From an uncultured bacterium (GTDB lineage Bacteria > Bacteroidota > Bacteroidia > Chitinophagales > Chitinophagaceae), in assembly GCA_903959965.1 (NCBI GenBank), contig CAJBZC010000300.1, positions 1 to 51,589 on the forward strand: a stretch of 51,589 nt of DNA, in the 5' to 3' direction. The position numbers and the translations under genes were made by a program. Positions 1 to 9,610 of the stretch are shown here, piece by piece (position 1 is the first letter of the stretch; each line of letters opens with the position of its first letter). The notes under the pieces were generated by a model, which made no database searches, had not been told where the DNA came from, and saw nothing but the letters and a program-made list of their open reading frames with translations.

Positions 1-786
1 TGCGACATCCTCGTGGCGTCGGATGAGGAACTCGGCAACCGAACGGTCTGCGGCATATGCGGCCAGGTGAACGGCTCTGTCATCCCCGGAATGATCGGAC
101 TGGAAGCCGGACAGTCGGCCTTCGGCGATACCTACGCCTGGCTTCGCCGGCTGATTCTGGATCCCGTCTTCCAGATCGTGGATGGTATGTCAACACTTGA
201 TGTACCCCTGCGTGCCGGCATCAGACAGGAGTTGGAAGACCGATTGATTCCTATGCTCTCAACCCAGGCGGAAGCAATTCCGCTGGAAGACGACGATGAA
301 CTGGCCGTGGACTGGTTCAATGGACGCCGTACTCCGGACGCCAATCAATATTTGACGGGAAGTCTCCACGGGCTTCGGCTGGGTACTGATGCCGCACGCG
401 TTTTCCGGGCATTGGTGGAAGCCACCTGCTTTGGCGCACGCCGCATCATCGATAGATTCCGCCATGAAGGCGTAGCCATCCAAGGGCTCATCGGCCTGGG
501 AGGGGTCGCCCGGAAATCACCCTACATCATGCAGGTCATGAGCGATGTGACAGGCATGCCCATTCGCATTCATCGAAGCGAACAAACCTGTGCGATGGGC
601 GCCGGCATGTTTGCAGCGACAGCGGCCGGACTGCATCAGCGGGTGGAAGATGCGATGATGGCCATGGGGCAGGGCTTTGAAGCGACTTATCATCCCCGCA
701 CCAAACAGATGACTTTTTATGAGAACAGATACCAACAATATCTGGAGGCCGGCCATTTCACCGAATCGCACGTTCCCGTTCAATAG
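1..786 (+). CDS. araB: L-ribulokinase, C-terminal part (gene begins before the window)
   Basis: Frame is open from base 1 (CDILV...). FGGY-kinase C-terminal motifs GICGQV, GLEAGQSAFGD, DWFNGRRTP, ATCFG and GGVARKS are present. Lies directly upstream of araD and araA. Confidence 0.92.
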   Translation, partial: CDILVASDEELGNRTVCGICGQVNGSVIPGMIGLEAGQSAFGDTYAWLRRLILDPVFQIVDGMSTLDVPLRAGIRQELEDRLIPMLSTQAEAIPLEDDDELAVDWFNGRRTPDANQYLTGSLHGLRLGTDAARVFRALVEATCFGARRIIDRFRHEGVAIQGLIGLGGVARKSPYIMQVMSDVTGMPIRIHRSEQTCAMGAGMFAATAAGLHQRVEDAMMAMGQGFEATYHPRTKQMTFYENRYQQYLEAGHFTESHVPVQ

Positions 787-809
787 CCTCGATAAACATC
801 CAACGCATT

Positions 810-1502
810 ATGTACGAACATCTCAAGGAAGAAGCCTGTCATGCCAACCTGGAGTTGCCAAAACTCGGCCTGGTACTCTTCACCTTCGGCAATGTCAGCG
901 TGGCTGATCACAAGCAGGGCGTGTTTGCCATCAAACCCAGCGGCGTACCATACAGCGCCCTGAAACCCGACATGATCGTCATCGTTGATTTCGACGGAAA
1001 AGTCGTGGAAGGAAGCCTTCGTCCCTCCTCTGACACCCTCACGCATGCGGTGCTCTTTCGACACTGGCCCTTCATCGGCAGCATCGTACATACCCATTCC
1101 ACTTACGCCACGGCCTGGGCACAGGCGCAATGCGACATTCCCATCCTGGGGACAACGCACGCAGACCACAACACGGTGGATATCCCCTGTGCACCGCCGA
1201 TGCGCGACGAGATGATCGAAGGAGACTATGAACTTCAAACAGGTCATCAGATCCTCGATTGCTTCAGAGAAAGGGGATTGGATGCAAGGGAAGTTGAAAT
1301 GATACTTGTAGGAAACCATGCGCCCTTCACCTGGGGCAAGGATGCTCACAAGGCCGTCTACAATGCGGCCGTACTGGAGGAGATCGCCCGCATGGCCTTC
1401 ATCACCCGACAGATCTCTCCCGATGCACCAAAACTGAAAGAGGCACTCATCCGCAAGCATTATGAGCGCAAACACGGGCCCAACGCCTATTATGGCAATT
1501 GA
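810..1502 (+). CDS. araD: L-ribulose-5-phosphate 4-epimerase
   Basis: Class II aldolase motifs TFGNVS, IKPSGV, PSSDT, HTHS, GTTHAD and the C-terminal [13 protein letters not shown]. Confidence 0.95.
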   Translation: MYEHLKEEACHANLELPKLGLVLFTFGNVSVADHKQGVFAIKPSGVPYSALKPDMIVIVDFDGKVVEGSLRPSSDTLTHAVLFRHWPFIGSIVHTHSTYATAWAQAQCDIPILGTTHADHNTVDIPCAPPMRDEMIEGDYELQTGHQILDCFRERGLDAREVEMILVGNHAPFTWGKDAHKAVYNAAVLEEIARMAFITRQISPDAPKLKEALIRKHYERKHGPNAYYGN

Positions 1503-1524
1503 TATCTCACATCAAAAAATAAAT

Positions 1525-3015
1525 ATGATAGACCTCAGGCAACGAGAAGTATGGTTTGTGACGGGCAGTCAGGACCTATACGGCGCGGATACCCTGCGCC
1601 AGGTGGCAGAACACTCGCAACAGATCGCTGATTTTTTTGATGCACACCCGGATATGCCGGTGCGGATCGTTTTCAAACCTACGGTCAAATCAACCGAAGA
1701 GATTTTCAATACCTGCCAGGCGGCCAACGACCAGGTAAAATGCATCGGCATTGTCGCCTGGATGCATACTTTTTCACCGGCCAAAATGTGGATCCGCGGA
1801 TTGTCGATCCTGCGTAAACCATTATTGCACCTCCATACCCAGTTCAATCGTGACATCCCCTGGCAGCAGATCGATATGGATTTCATGAACCTGAATCAGA
1901 GCGCACATGGTGATCGGGAATTCGGATTCATGATGACCCGCATGCGATTGAACAGAAAAGTGGTCGTCGGTCACTGGCAGGATCCTGCAATCATCAACCA
2001 GATTGCAGGTTGGACGAGGGCTGCAGCCGGTTGGAACGACTGGCAAGGTGCCCGGTTCGTACGTTTTGGCGACAACATGCGCTATGTAGCCGTTACTGAA
2101 GGAGACAAAGTAGAGGCAGAACTGAAGTTCGGTTACTCAGTAAATACTCATGGCGTCGGTGATCTGGTAGCCAGCATCAACGACGTGTCGGAGCCTGACC
2201 TGGATGCACTGATCGATGAGTACCTCCAAACATACGAGGTGGTTGACAGTCTGAAACCCGAAGCTGATCAGCATGCATCCCTCCGAGTGGCGGCCCGTAT
2301 CGAACTAGGCATCGAACACTTTCTTATCCAGGGGAATTTCAAAGGATTCACGACAACTTTTGAAGACCTGCACGGACTGGATCAGCTGCCGGGCATTGCC
2401 GCCCAACGGCTGATGGCCAAGGGTTATGGCTTCGCCGGGGAGGGTGACTGGAAAACGGCGGCCCTGGTCAGGGCGATGAAAGTCATGGGATCCGGATTGG
2501 CCGGAGGTAATTCCTTCATGGAAGATTATACCTATCATTTTGATCCGACGAATTCAATGGTACTGGGCGCACACATGCTGGAGATCTGTCCCTCGATCTC
2601 CGCCAGCAAGCCCCGTTGCGAGATCCATCCTCTGGGCATTGGTGGGAAAGCCGACCCGGTGAGACTGGTATTCAACGGAAAGCCCGGTTCGGCACTGAAT
2701 GCCTCCGTTGTTGACATGGGAGACCGTTTTCGGCTGTTGGTGAATGAGGTCGAAGCCGTAGCCGCACCCTATGATCTGCCCAAACTGCCCGTCGCCCGGG
2801 TTCTTTGGAAACCACTGCCAGACATGAACCGCGCTTGCGCTGCATGGATACTGGCCGGAGGGGCACATCACACCTGTTATTCTGAAAACCTGAATACAGA
2901 TCAGTTGGAAGATTTCGCCGGCATGGCTGGGATAGAATTCGTAAAGATCGACCGGGATACCGATCTTTATCACTTCCGCAACGAACTCCGCTGGAACGAC
3001 AGAACCGCCCGTTAG
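1525..3015 (+). CDS. araA: L-arabinose isomerase
   Basis: Motifs [47 protein letters not shown] and GGAHH. Start moved to the ATG at 1525, which follows an A-rich stretch and avoids overlap with araD. Confidence 0.96.
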   Translation: MIDLRQREVWFVTGSQDLYGADTLRQVAEHSQQIADFFDAHPDMPVRIVFKPTVKSTEEIFNTCQAANDQVKCIGIVAWMHTFSPAKMWIRGLSILRKPLLHLHTQFNRDIPWQQIDMDFMNLNQSAHGDREFGFMMTRMRLNRKVVVGHWQDPAIINQIAGWTRAAAGWNDWQGARFVRFGDNMRYVAVTEGDKVEAELKFGYSVNTHGVGDLVASINDVSEPDLDALIDEYLQTYEVVDSLKPEADQHASLRVAARIELGIEHFLIQGNFKGFTTTFEDLHGLDQLPGIAAQRLMAKGYGFAGEGDWKTAALVRAMKVMGSGLAGGNSFMEDYTYHFDPTNSMVLGAHMLEICPSISASKPRCEIHPLGIGGKADPVRLVFNGKPGSALNASVVDMGDRFRLLVNEVEAVAAPYDLPKLPVARVLWKPLPDMNRACAAWILAGGAHHTCYSENLNTDQLEDFAGMAGIEFVKIDRDTDLYHFRNELRWNDRTAR

Positions 3016-3036
3016 TCAAACCCTTAAAGCCTCCAT

Positions 3037-4722
3037 ATGAAAGGACTCTCATCGTTGGACGTTCTCGTTTTCGTCCTCTATTTCATCCTCGTGTCAGGAT
3101 ACGGCTACTGGATCTACCTCAAGAAAAAGAAAGCCGTCCAGGATACTAAGGACTTCTTCCTGGCGGAAGGTTCCCTCACCTGGTGGGCCATCGGCGCCTC
3201 ACTGATCGCCTCTAACATTTCTGCAGAACAGTTCATTGGGATGTCCGGTGAAGGCTTCTTCGTTGGCACAGCAGTAGCAGCCTATGAATGGATCGCCGCC
3301 CTCGCCCTGGTGATCATTGCGGTCTGGTTCATGCCGATCTATCTGAAGAACCAGATCTTCACCATGCCTCAGTTCCTGACCAGGCGATACAATGAGACCG
3401 TATCCCTGATCATGGCCATCTTCTGGCTTTTCCTGTACGTGTTTGTAAACCTGACCTCGATCCTTTATCTGGGTGCGGTGGCCATCAACGGACTGCTTGG
3501 CGGGGATTACCTGCATGTGGTCATGGTGGCTTTGGCCGTGTTCGCACTCATCATCACCCTGGGTGGGATGAAGGTCATCGGATATACGGATGTGATCCAG
3601 GTGGCCGTGTTGATCATCGGTGGTCTGGCTACCACCTACATGGCCTTGATCATCGTGAGTGAAAAATTTGGATTGGGAAGGGATGTGATTGCCGGCTTCA
3701 ACACCTTGTTGCAGCAAGCACCGGATCATTTTCACATGATCCTCGAAAAGCCGGGACCGGATGCTCCGCAAGAACAGATCGACAAGTACATGGTGCTTCC
3801 CGGTATTGCCATGTATTTCGCCGGCCAGTGGATCGTAAACCTCAACTATTGGGGATGCAATCAATACATTACCCAGCGTGCCCTCGGTGCTGACCTGCAG
3901 ACGGCACGGACTGGTATCCTCTTCGCTGCATTTCTAAAATTGATGATGCCCATCATCGTCATGCTTCCGGGCATCGCCGCCTACGTGCTCTACAAAAACG
4001 GGCACCTTCCGCAACTGGCCGGCGGCAGTAAGGATGGTGCATACTCTGCCATATTGAGCTTCCTGCCAAGTGGCCTGAAAGGCTTGTCTATCGCGGCCCT
4101 CACAGCAGCCATCGTGGCATCGCTCGCCGGAAAGGTCAACAGCATATCGACCATCTTTACCCTCGATATCTTCAAAAAGTACATGCGTCAGGACGCGGAT
4201 GAGCAGAAGCTGGTATGGACAGGCAGGATCGTGATCTTTGTTTCCATGTTCGTAGCTGTCTTGTTCACCTGGAATGATACACTCGGCATCGGCGGGGAAG
4301 GCGGCTTCACGTTCATCCAGAAATACACCGGCTTTATCAGCCCGGGAGTTTTCGCCGTATTCATGCTCGGTATGTTCTGGAAACGCACGACCGGGGCTGC
4401 AGCCGTTGCAGGTGTGATATCCGGCTTCCTGCTCTCCATCTTTTTTAACAATTACGCACCTGCGCTGCTGGGTAACGAAACCATGCTCTACACAGCATTC
4501 CCCAATGGCAAGGGTGGATACGAAATCCCCTTCCTCATCAACATGGGATGGTCGTTTTTCTTTACACTTGCACTCATGGTGGGGATCAGTCTGACCGGGC
4601 CGAAAATCAATCCTAAAGCTTTCATTTTCGAAGCGGGATTGTTCCGAATGAGTAAAAGCGTACAAGTGCTCATCGTCATCATCCTCCTTATGCTGACGGC
4701 CCTTTACGTACGTTTTTGGTAG
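3037..4722 (+). CDS. Sodium:solute symporter (SSS family), probable arabinose/sugar transporter (AraP-like)
   Basis: Many TM segments; SSS motifs FFLA, WWAIGASLIASNISAEQFIGMSG, YTDVIQ and YWGCNQYITQRAL. Substrate is inferred from the ara operon context. Confidence 0.88.
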   Translation: MKGLSSLDVLVFVLYFILVSGYGYWIYLKKKKAVQDTKDFFLAEGSLTWWAIGASLIASNISAEQFIGMSGEGFFVGTAVAAYEWIAALALVIIAVWFMPIYLKNQIFTMPQFLTRRYNETVSLIMAIFWLFLYVFVNLTSILYLGAVAINGLLGGDYLHVVMVALAVFALIITLGGMKVIGYTDVIQVAVLIIGGLATTYMALIIVSEKFGLGRDVIAGFNTLLQQAPDHFHMILEKPGPDAPQEQIDKYMVLPGIAMYFAGQWIVNLNYWGCNQYITQRALGADLQTARTGILFAAFLKLMMPIIVMLPGIAAYVLYKNGHLPQLAGGSKDGAYSAILSFLPSGLKGLSIAALTAAIVASLAGKVNSISTIFTLDIFKKYMRQDADEQKLVWTGRIVIFVSMFVAVLFTWNDTLGIGGEGGFTFIQKYTGFISPGVFAVFMLGMFWKRTTGAAAVAGVISGFLLSIFFNNYAPALLGNETMLYTAFPNGKGGYEIPFLINMGWSFFFTLALMVGISLTGPKINPKAFIFEAGLFRMSKSVQVLIVIILLMLTALYVRFW

Positions 4723-4728
4723 GTAACA

Positions 4729-7425
4729 TCAGAAACTCCATTCGGCACTAAATAAGATGTAACGGCCGACCAGTGAAGTTCGCTGGTCGGTCGTCGCATT
4801 TAACGACACCGTGCGCCTTTCCATAGCCATTGCATTGGTGAGATTGTGACCTGTTATGCTCAGGTACAAAGACCTGGATGCCTTCCATCTGGTAAAAAGA
4901 TCGATCGTATTCAGCGTCTCAGATGCACTGAGCAATCTACGACCATAGATCATGGAAACGAATCCTTTTTCCCCAAAACGCCCATTCAATCTGGCATATC
5001 CGACATGCTGCCACTGCGCGGTGTTCATATCTCCGGTCATGGCGGACTTCAGCCTATTGTAATGTCTGCTGATCTCATAGGAGAATTCTGCATTCAGCGG
5101 AAAAGCAAACGCTGAAATCAAACGCTGATGGAGAGAAAATCTGCCATATAAGTTTCTTATGGACACATCATCCAGACGAGTATTTCCGTTGATGTGTTGG
5201 ATGGAGACATCTGTCATGCTCTTGAATCGTAAGGCCAGAAAATGCTTTGACACATTGCCGGACACGAACTGACTTTGCTGTCCATTAAATGGCATATAGG
5301 TGGTTAGGGAATTTGAAGGGCTCCTTGATGAAATTCTTCGATATGCCCCATCCGTGAATATCAAGGAAGCATAAAGCAAAGCAGTAAATGAATTCGGAAG
5401 ATTAACCCTGGAGATGGTAAAATTCACGCCAGTCATCGTTTCCGGTTTCAGTTCCAAAGCCGGATACCTGACCTGACCGTCTGCCTGAAGAATGGGGCCG
5501 GAATGAAACCATTCAGAAGAGGGAGTCCAACGATTACGGTACGCACTGAATCGAATGCCCGACAGCATCGAAAGCTTGTAATCCAGACCGGCAGACAACC
5601 GATAGACCTCCCGGCCCTCCATGGTTAATTCGATGGAATCCTTGACATCAAAAGGTGCAATACCAAAATCTCCGGCGGTAAACCAAGTCAGTTTCCCGGT
5701 ATTGGTTGACTGCCATGTGCCATGCATAATGATCGCCTGAGATTGGATGACTCGCCTTCGCTGCAAAAACTCAGCTGAACCAGAAGCCATAACTGCCGCT
5801 GAATGATATGAAAGAATCTGTTGCTCCCGATCCATGGACATGCGCAATCCACCAGTCCATCTGCCCAACTTTGACCGATCAAGCAATGACAGATCCAAAT
5901 GACCCGACATCCATTTAGCTTGCATCCACTGACTGAAATTGTTTAAGCCGGAAACAGGGGATTGAATCGAAAGGAATCGAACAGTTGACAACGCCTGATG
6001 CTGTTCCGACTGTCCGATATCCATCACATATGATATTTTGAATAAGGAGCCGAAGCCAGTACGAATAGTTTCCTGCCCGCTGCTCGTCAATATCAGACGT
6101 TGCTGTTCATAGTCTTCAGATAGGCTGTCAGCAAAATCTCCGGTCGTTTGATCTTCATAGATTTGCCCATGATCTGAGGTTTTAATATTCATGCTGAACT
6201 GACCTGTTGTATTGGATTTTCGATCGTGTTTGAAGAGAAAGGATACCAGGCTCTCCCGCGTCTTCATGGCATATCTTGTGTTTTGATACAATCGCCAGTC
6301 ATAATTTATGACAGATTTGATACGGTTTTCCAATTCAGCGTTTCGATGTAAACTGCTTTGTCCATGTCCCGCAAAAAGTCTTAAGGATTGACCTTTTCTG
6401 TTGCGAATGGACAAGACCTGAATGGTTGAAGCATCCTCATTGTCACGAGCATATCTAACATCCAGGGGAGGTTGCGATATCTGCATGGGCTCAAACACGG
6501 AAAGTGAATTCCTTGATTGCCTCGAGTCACTGATCGAATGCTCTCCGAGTCGATCATCGGAGAGCTGACTGCCTGACTGTGTCCCGGTTTGATTGAAGTT
6601 TGTGAATGTTAGCCATTTGATCAACCCAGCCGGCAACACCGTACTCACATCCATCATTTGTCGCCCACCGGAAGTGGCGGCGCCGACTGTTCCAGATAGT
6701 CTGTTACGGAAGGTGCTATCCAACGTTAGATTAATCGCAATCTTGCCACTCCGGTTTACTTCGCGCATCAATCGGTCAGCCGTGTAATTATCAACCACCT
6801 GAACCCTGTCAATCAACGATGCATTCAGGTTTTTTGACAATAGTCGATAATGTCGATCCGTCAGATCTTCTCCTTCCAGCAGCATCCTGTCAATTTCCCT
6901 GCCCTGGAAAAAAATCCTACCATCATCCGTCAACTGGAAGCCTTGTATGTTTTTCAACAGATCTTCAACTTTGCGCGTTTCTCCGGTTATGTATGCCTTC
7001 GCCCGAAATTCTGTTGTATCGTTATAGATGCGATAAGGCAGGGGCGGAGCCTTCACCGTAATTTCCTGAAGTGACAGATTTCGCGGGGCAAGCTGGATCT
7101 TTAGATTCAAATGGCCTGACACCAATTCAGTACTAGAAATCATCCTGCTCCAGGATTCATATTGCATATGTTCAATCTTCAACACAAAAAGGGAGTCGAA
7201 GATCTTTAACGAATGCAATTCAAAGCCCCCATCACTTTTGGAAATGGCATAAGCATTCACCATTTTCCCATGAACATCCATCAATATCACCATAGCACCA
7301 ATCACCGGTTTTGACTCATATGTAAGTAAGTTGCCCGATATTTTTGGGAGGGCGGTCTGACAGATCGACGTGGTAGCCAATAACAGGAAATTCAGGAAAA
7401 ACAACAAACGAACCGAATGGATCAT
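4729..7425 (-). CDS. Outer-membrane beta-barrel protein with N-terminal carboxypeptidase-regulatory-like domain and plug (GLPGLI-associated, TonB-receptor-like)
   Basis: Signal peptide from the ATG at 7425, which has an ATGA overlap with the GLPGLI stop. Contains ISG..KPVIGAMVIL..SKSDGGFEL, LQEITVKA and plug-like VEDLLKNIQGF..DGRI..IDRVQVVDN, then amphipathic beta strands and a C-terminal aromatic BAM signal (AEWSF). Confidence 0.8.
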   Translation of the reverse strand: MIHSVRLLFFLNFLLLATTSICQTALPKISGNLLTYESKPVIGAMVILMDVHGKMVNAYAISKSDGGFELHSLKIFDSLFVLKIEHMQYESWSRMISSTELVSGHLNLKIQLAPRNLSLQEITVKAPPLPYRIYNDTTEFRAKAYITGETRKVEDLLKNIQGFQLTDDGRIFFQGREIDRMLLEGEDLTDRHYRLLSKNLNASLIDRVQVVDNYTADRLMREVNRSGKIAINLTLDSTFRNRLSGTVGAATSGGRQMMDVSTVLPAGLIKWLTFTNFNQTGTQSGSQLSDDRLGEHSISDSRQSRNSLSVFEPMQISQPPLDVRYARDNEDASTIQVLSIRNRKGQSLRLFAGHGQSSLHRNAELENRIKSVINYDWRLYQNTRYAMKTRESLVSFLFKHDRKSNTTGQFSMNIKTSDHGQIYEDQTTGDFADSLSEDYEQQRLILTSSGQETIRTGFGSLFKISYVMDIGQSEQHQALSTVRFLSIQSPVSGLNNFSQWMQAKWMSGHLDLSLLDRSKLGRWTGGLRMSMDREQQILSYHSAAVMASGSAEFLQRRRVIQSQAIIMHGTWQSTNTGKLTWFTAGDFGIAPFDVKDSIELTMEGREVYRLSAGLDYKLSMLSGIRFSAYRNRWTPSSEWFHSGPILQADGQVRYPALELKPETMTGVNFTISRVNLPNSFTALLYASLIFTDGAYRRISSRSPSNSLTTYMPFNGQQSQFVSGNVSKHFLALRFKSMTDVSIQHINGNTRLDDVSIRNLYGRFSLHQRLISAFAFPLNAEFSYEISRHYNRLKSAMTGDMNTAQWQHVGYARLNGRFGEKGFVSMIYGRRLLSASETLNTIDLFTRWKASRSLYLSITGHNLTNAMAMERRTVSLNATTDQRTSLVGRYILFSAEWSF

Positions 7426-8171
7426 AATGGCAATTTTTCCCACCTCCTGATCTGAATCGAAGGGGCAGTTTGACAGGTCAGGCAATCAGATCCCGGCTGA
7501 GCAGCGGCCATTCCCTTCATTCTGGCGATCAATTTTTGCCAATAGATAATATAGGCCTGAATATCAGGATGATTTTTCTGCATAACAGGGTTTTGCTTGA
7601 GATCTGTGATGCTAGCCATACGAATGGACTCCAGCATAAAATGCATATCTCCTTTGGCTTCTCGTAGTTCGATGATCAAGCCCGGAAGCCCTCCCATTTT
7701 CCACGGACCGTTCGGAATGGGGATACTCGGAGCATACCAGGCCGTATAGTGTCTCCCCCTAAACCAGGCATCAGCCTTCTTACATGTGATAGAATCTATC
7801 TGTTTGACCTCTTCCGACAACGACCATCGCATAGAATGAAGCGTGTCCTCATAAAATTTCTCTTTACCTGCCAGATCCGGCTCACCAAAAATCAGTTTGT
7901 TGGCAGAGGGCTGTTTGAATACCCGAAATGAAGTGTCAGATTCTATCATCACCTCATTGACTCCGCCTTCCATTTGTCCGGGTTGCATAAAAAAATGTGA
8001 TGCATCATGTTGCTCGATCAAAACAGATCTATAAGGACGAAATTGTTTGTCTAAGTCATGCTTTACATTGAAGACGCCCTGATAGGTGATGATGTAGGTT
8101 CTTAAGGGTTGCGCTTCGGTCTGTACATAGCTATATGTCAACAACAGGGATAGCAGGGTAAATAATTTCAT
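7422..8171 (-). CDS. GLPGLI family protein (exported)
   Basis: Signal peptide ending TEA|Q; signature CKKA..FRGRHYTAWYAPSIP..GPWKMGGLPGLIIE. Confidence 0.93.
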   Translation of the reverse strand: MKLFTLLSLLLTYSYVQTEAQPLRTYIITYQGVFNVKHDLDKQFRPYRSVLIEQHDASHFFMQPGQMEGGVNEVMIESDTSFRVFKQPSANKLIFGEPDLAGKEKFYEDTLHSMRWSLSEEVKQIDSITCKKADAWFRGRHYTAWYAPSIPIPNGPWKMGGLPGLIIELREAKGDMHFMLESIRMASITDLKQNPVMQKNHPDIQAYIIYWQKLIARMKGMAAAQPGSDCLTCQTAPSIQIRRWEKLPL

Positions 8172-8194
8172 GATTTTTCTGTTGATTTTGTTGG

Positions 8195-8218
8195 AAAAAA
8201 GGAGGGTGACACTCCTCT
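8195..8218 (-). terminator. Intrinsic terminator/attenuator between the small secreted gene and the GLPGLI gene
   Basis: Minus strand reads AGAGGAG-TGTCACC-CTCCTTTTTT: a short stem, a 7-nt loop and a U6 tract, starting 3 nt after the stop codon. Confidence 0.6.
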
Positions 8219-8220
8219 GT

Positions 8221-8529
8221 CTAGAATTGAGCTTCGCGCCTCAGTGCGGTCATCATGGCTTTCACACAATCACGCGCGGCACGGGTGGCCTCTTCACAAC
8301 TGCTCCTTGTCACGGTGCAGGTAATATCAAAGGCTGCGCCTGGCAAACTGATCTGACCACGTACTGCTATGGTGCAATCAGTGGGGCCTGTGTCCTCAAC
8401 GGACCAGTTCGAACTTGTCTCGTACTTTCCTTTTGTCTGCTTAATTGGATCACTTGCTTCTTCTGAGTCCATGGCAAAACCTGCTCCTGCAAGCGTGGCC
8501 AGGAAAAACATCAACATCACTTTTTTCAT
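8221..8529 (-). CDS. Small secreted protein of unknown function (102 aa, 4 Cys)
   Basis: Sec signal MKKVMLMFFLATLAGAGFA|; acidic N-terminal region followed by a C-terminal domain with four Cys. A-rich start context and its own promoter-like and terminator elements. Confidence 0.8.
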   Translation of the reverse strand: MKKVMLMFFLATLAGAGFAMDSEEASDPIKQTKGKYETSSNWSVEDTGPTDCTIAVRGQISLPGAAFDITCTVTRSSCEEATRAARDCVKAMMTALRREAQF

Positions 8530-8567
8530 ACCCTTCTGTTTTAATAATTAAGTCTGATTGTTTGAAG

Positions 8568-8612
8568 GTGTCACCCCCCTGATGGCTTACGGGCCATCTT
8601 GATGTGAAGGTA
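8568..8612 (-). promoter_or_regulatory. Putative -7 promoter (TACCTTCA), 5' hairpin and anti-terminator segment of the cassette
   Basis: Minus strand has TACCTTCA at 8612-8605 (a TAnnTTTG variant), hairpin GATGGC-ccgtaa-GCCATC at 8598-8581, then AGGGGGGTGACAC at 8580-8568, which is complementary to 8212-8200. Confidence 0.5.
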
Positions 8613-8849
8613 GTATGGGGCGCAGGCGGTTAAATGTGAAGATGACGCTGTTCAAGACAGAAAATAACCTACAAGCTCCCGTGCTATCACCGGAAAAAAA
8701 GGTATCACATTCAAAGAGATGTCTCTTCGATGTGGTTTCAATCAAAATGTTTTAATTTACCCGCTCGAAAGGAAGTGATAGCAGCTCACCATACATGCGT
8801 CCGACAGAATAGACGATTCAATATGGTAAGTTGAATGACCAGCAATGAT

Positions 8850-9596
8850 ATGGGACAAAAGAAATTGAAGAGATTCGCAGAGATCAGTACTTTCCAAAAT
8901 GTACTTCAATATCCGAAGGATATGGCAGGCAAGTGGTTTGATGTTTTTGGTAACCGAAATCCGATCACTTTAGAACTGGCATGTGGTAAAGGAGAATACA
9001 CAGTTGGACTTGCCAGATTATATCCTGATAGAAACTTCATGGGACTAGATCTCAAAGGAAATCGTATCTGGGTGGGCGCACGTGAGGCGCTGCGGCAAGG
9101 CCTCAAAAACGTAGCATTTCTCAGGACACAAATTGATAAGATCACAGATTACTTCATACCCGGAGAAGTAAGTGAGATTTGGATCACTTTTCCGGATCCA
9201 CAATTGAGGGCATCCAAAGCAAAAAAACGCCTGACTCATCCTTCCTTTTTACGCCGATATCAACAAATTCTGGTTCCCGGTGGTTATATCCACTTGAAGA
9301 CTGATTCTCCGGATCTCTATCTTTTTACCAAAGAGGTGATACGGAGATATGGATTGGAGATTTTGATTGATATAGACGATGTTCATGGATATCCGGAGAC
9401 GGAAGATGTGTTGAAGATCAAGACGCATTATGAATCCTTGGATATATCAGGAAGTCACCGCATCCATTATCTCAGGTTCAAATTGAATGGTGATCTTTCG
9501 CCGGATATTGATCAGGAACTACTCGAATGGGTCAAAAATGAACCCATCAGGGCTACACCTCAATGGCAGCGTCATCACGAACAATCGGCTGATTGA
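8850..9596 (+). CDS. trmB: tRNA (guanine-N7)-methyltransferase
   Basis: Motifs LELACGKGEY, DLKGNRIW, ITFPDPQ, KKRLT and HLKTD. The N-terminus MGQKKLKRF is typical of Bacteroidota TrmB. Confidence 0.95.
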   Translation: MGQKKLKRFAEISTFQNVLQYPKDMAGKWFDVFGNRNPITLELACGKGEYTVGLARLYPDRNFMGLDLKGNRIWVGAREALRQGLKNVAFLRTQIDKITDYFIPGEVSEIWITFPDPQLRASKAKKRLTHPSFLRRYQQILVPGGYIHLKTDSPDLYLFTKEVIRRYGLEILIDIDDVHGYPETEDVLKIKTHYESLDISGSHRIHYLRFKLNGDLSPDIDQELLEWVKNEPIRATPQWQRHHEQSAD

Positions 9597-9610
9597 CAAC
9601 TAAGGAACCC

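Noticed and set aside
8170-8466. 98-aa plus-strand Cys-containing ORF opposite the small secreted gene
   Set aside because: The minus-strand ORF has a signal peptide, promoter and terminator and matches the operon orientation. This ORF is its shadow.
8200-8580. The 13-bp inverted repeat read as a DNA inversion (phase-variation) site
   Set aside because: There is no recombinase in the window, one arm is the terminator itself, and the mismatch is G-U compatible. RNA pairing is therefore the better reading, though inversion can only be excluded with read data.
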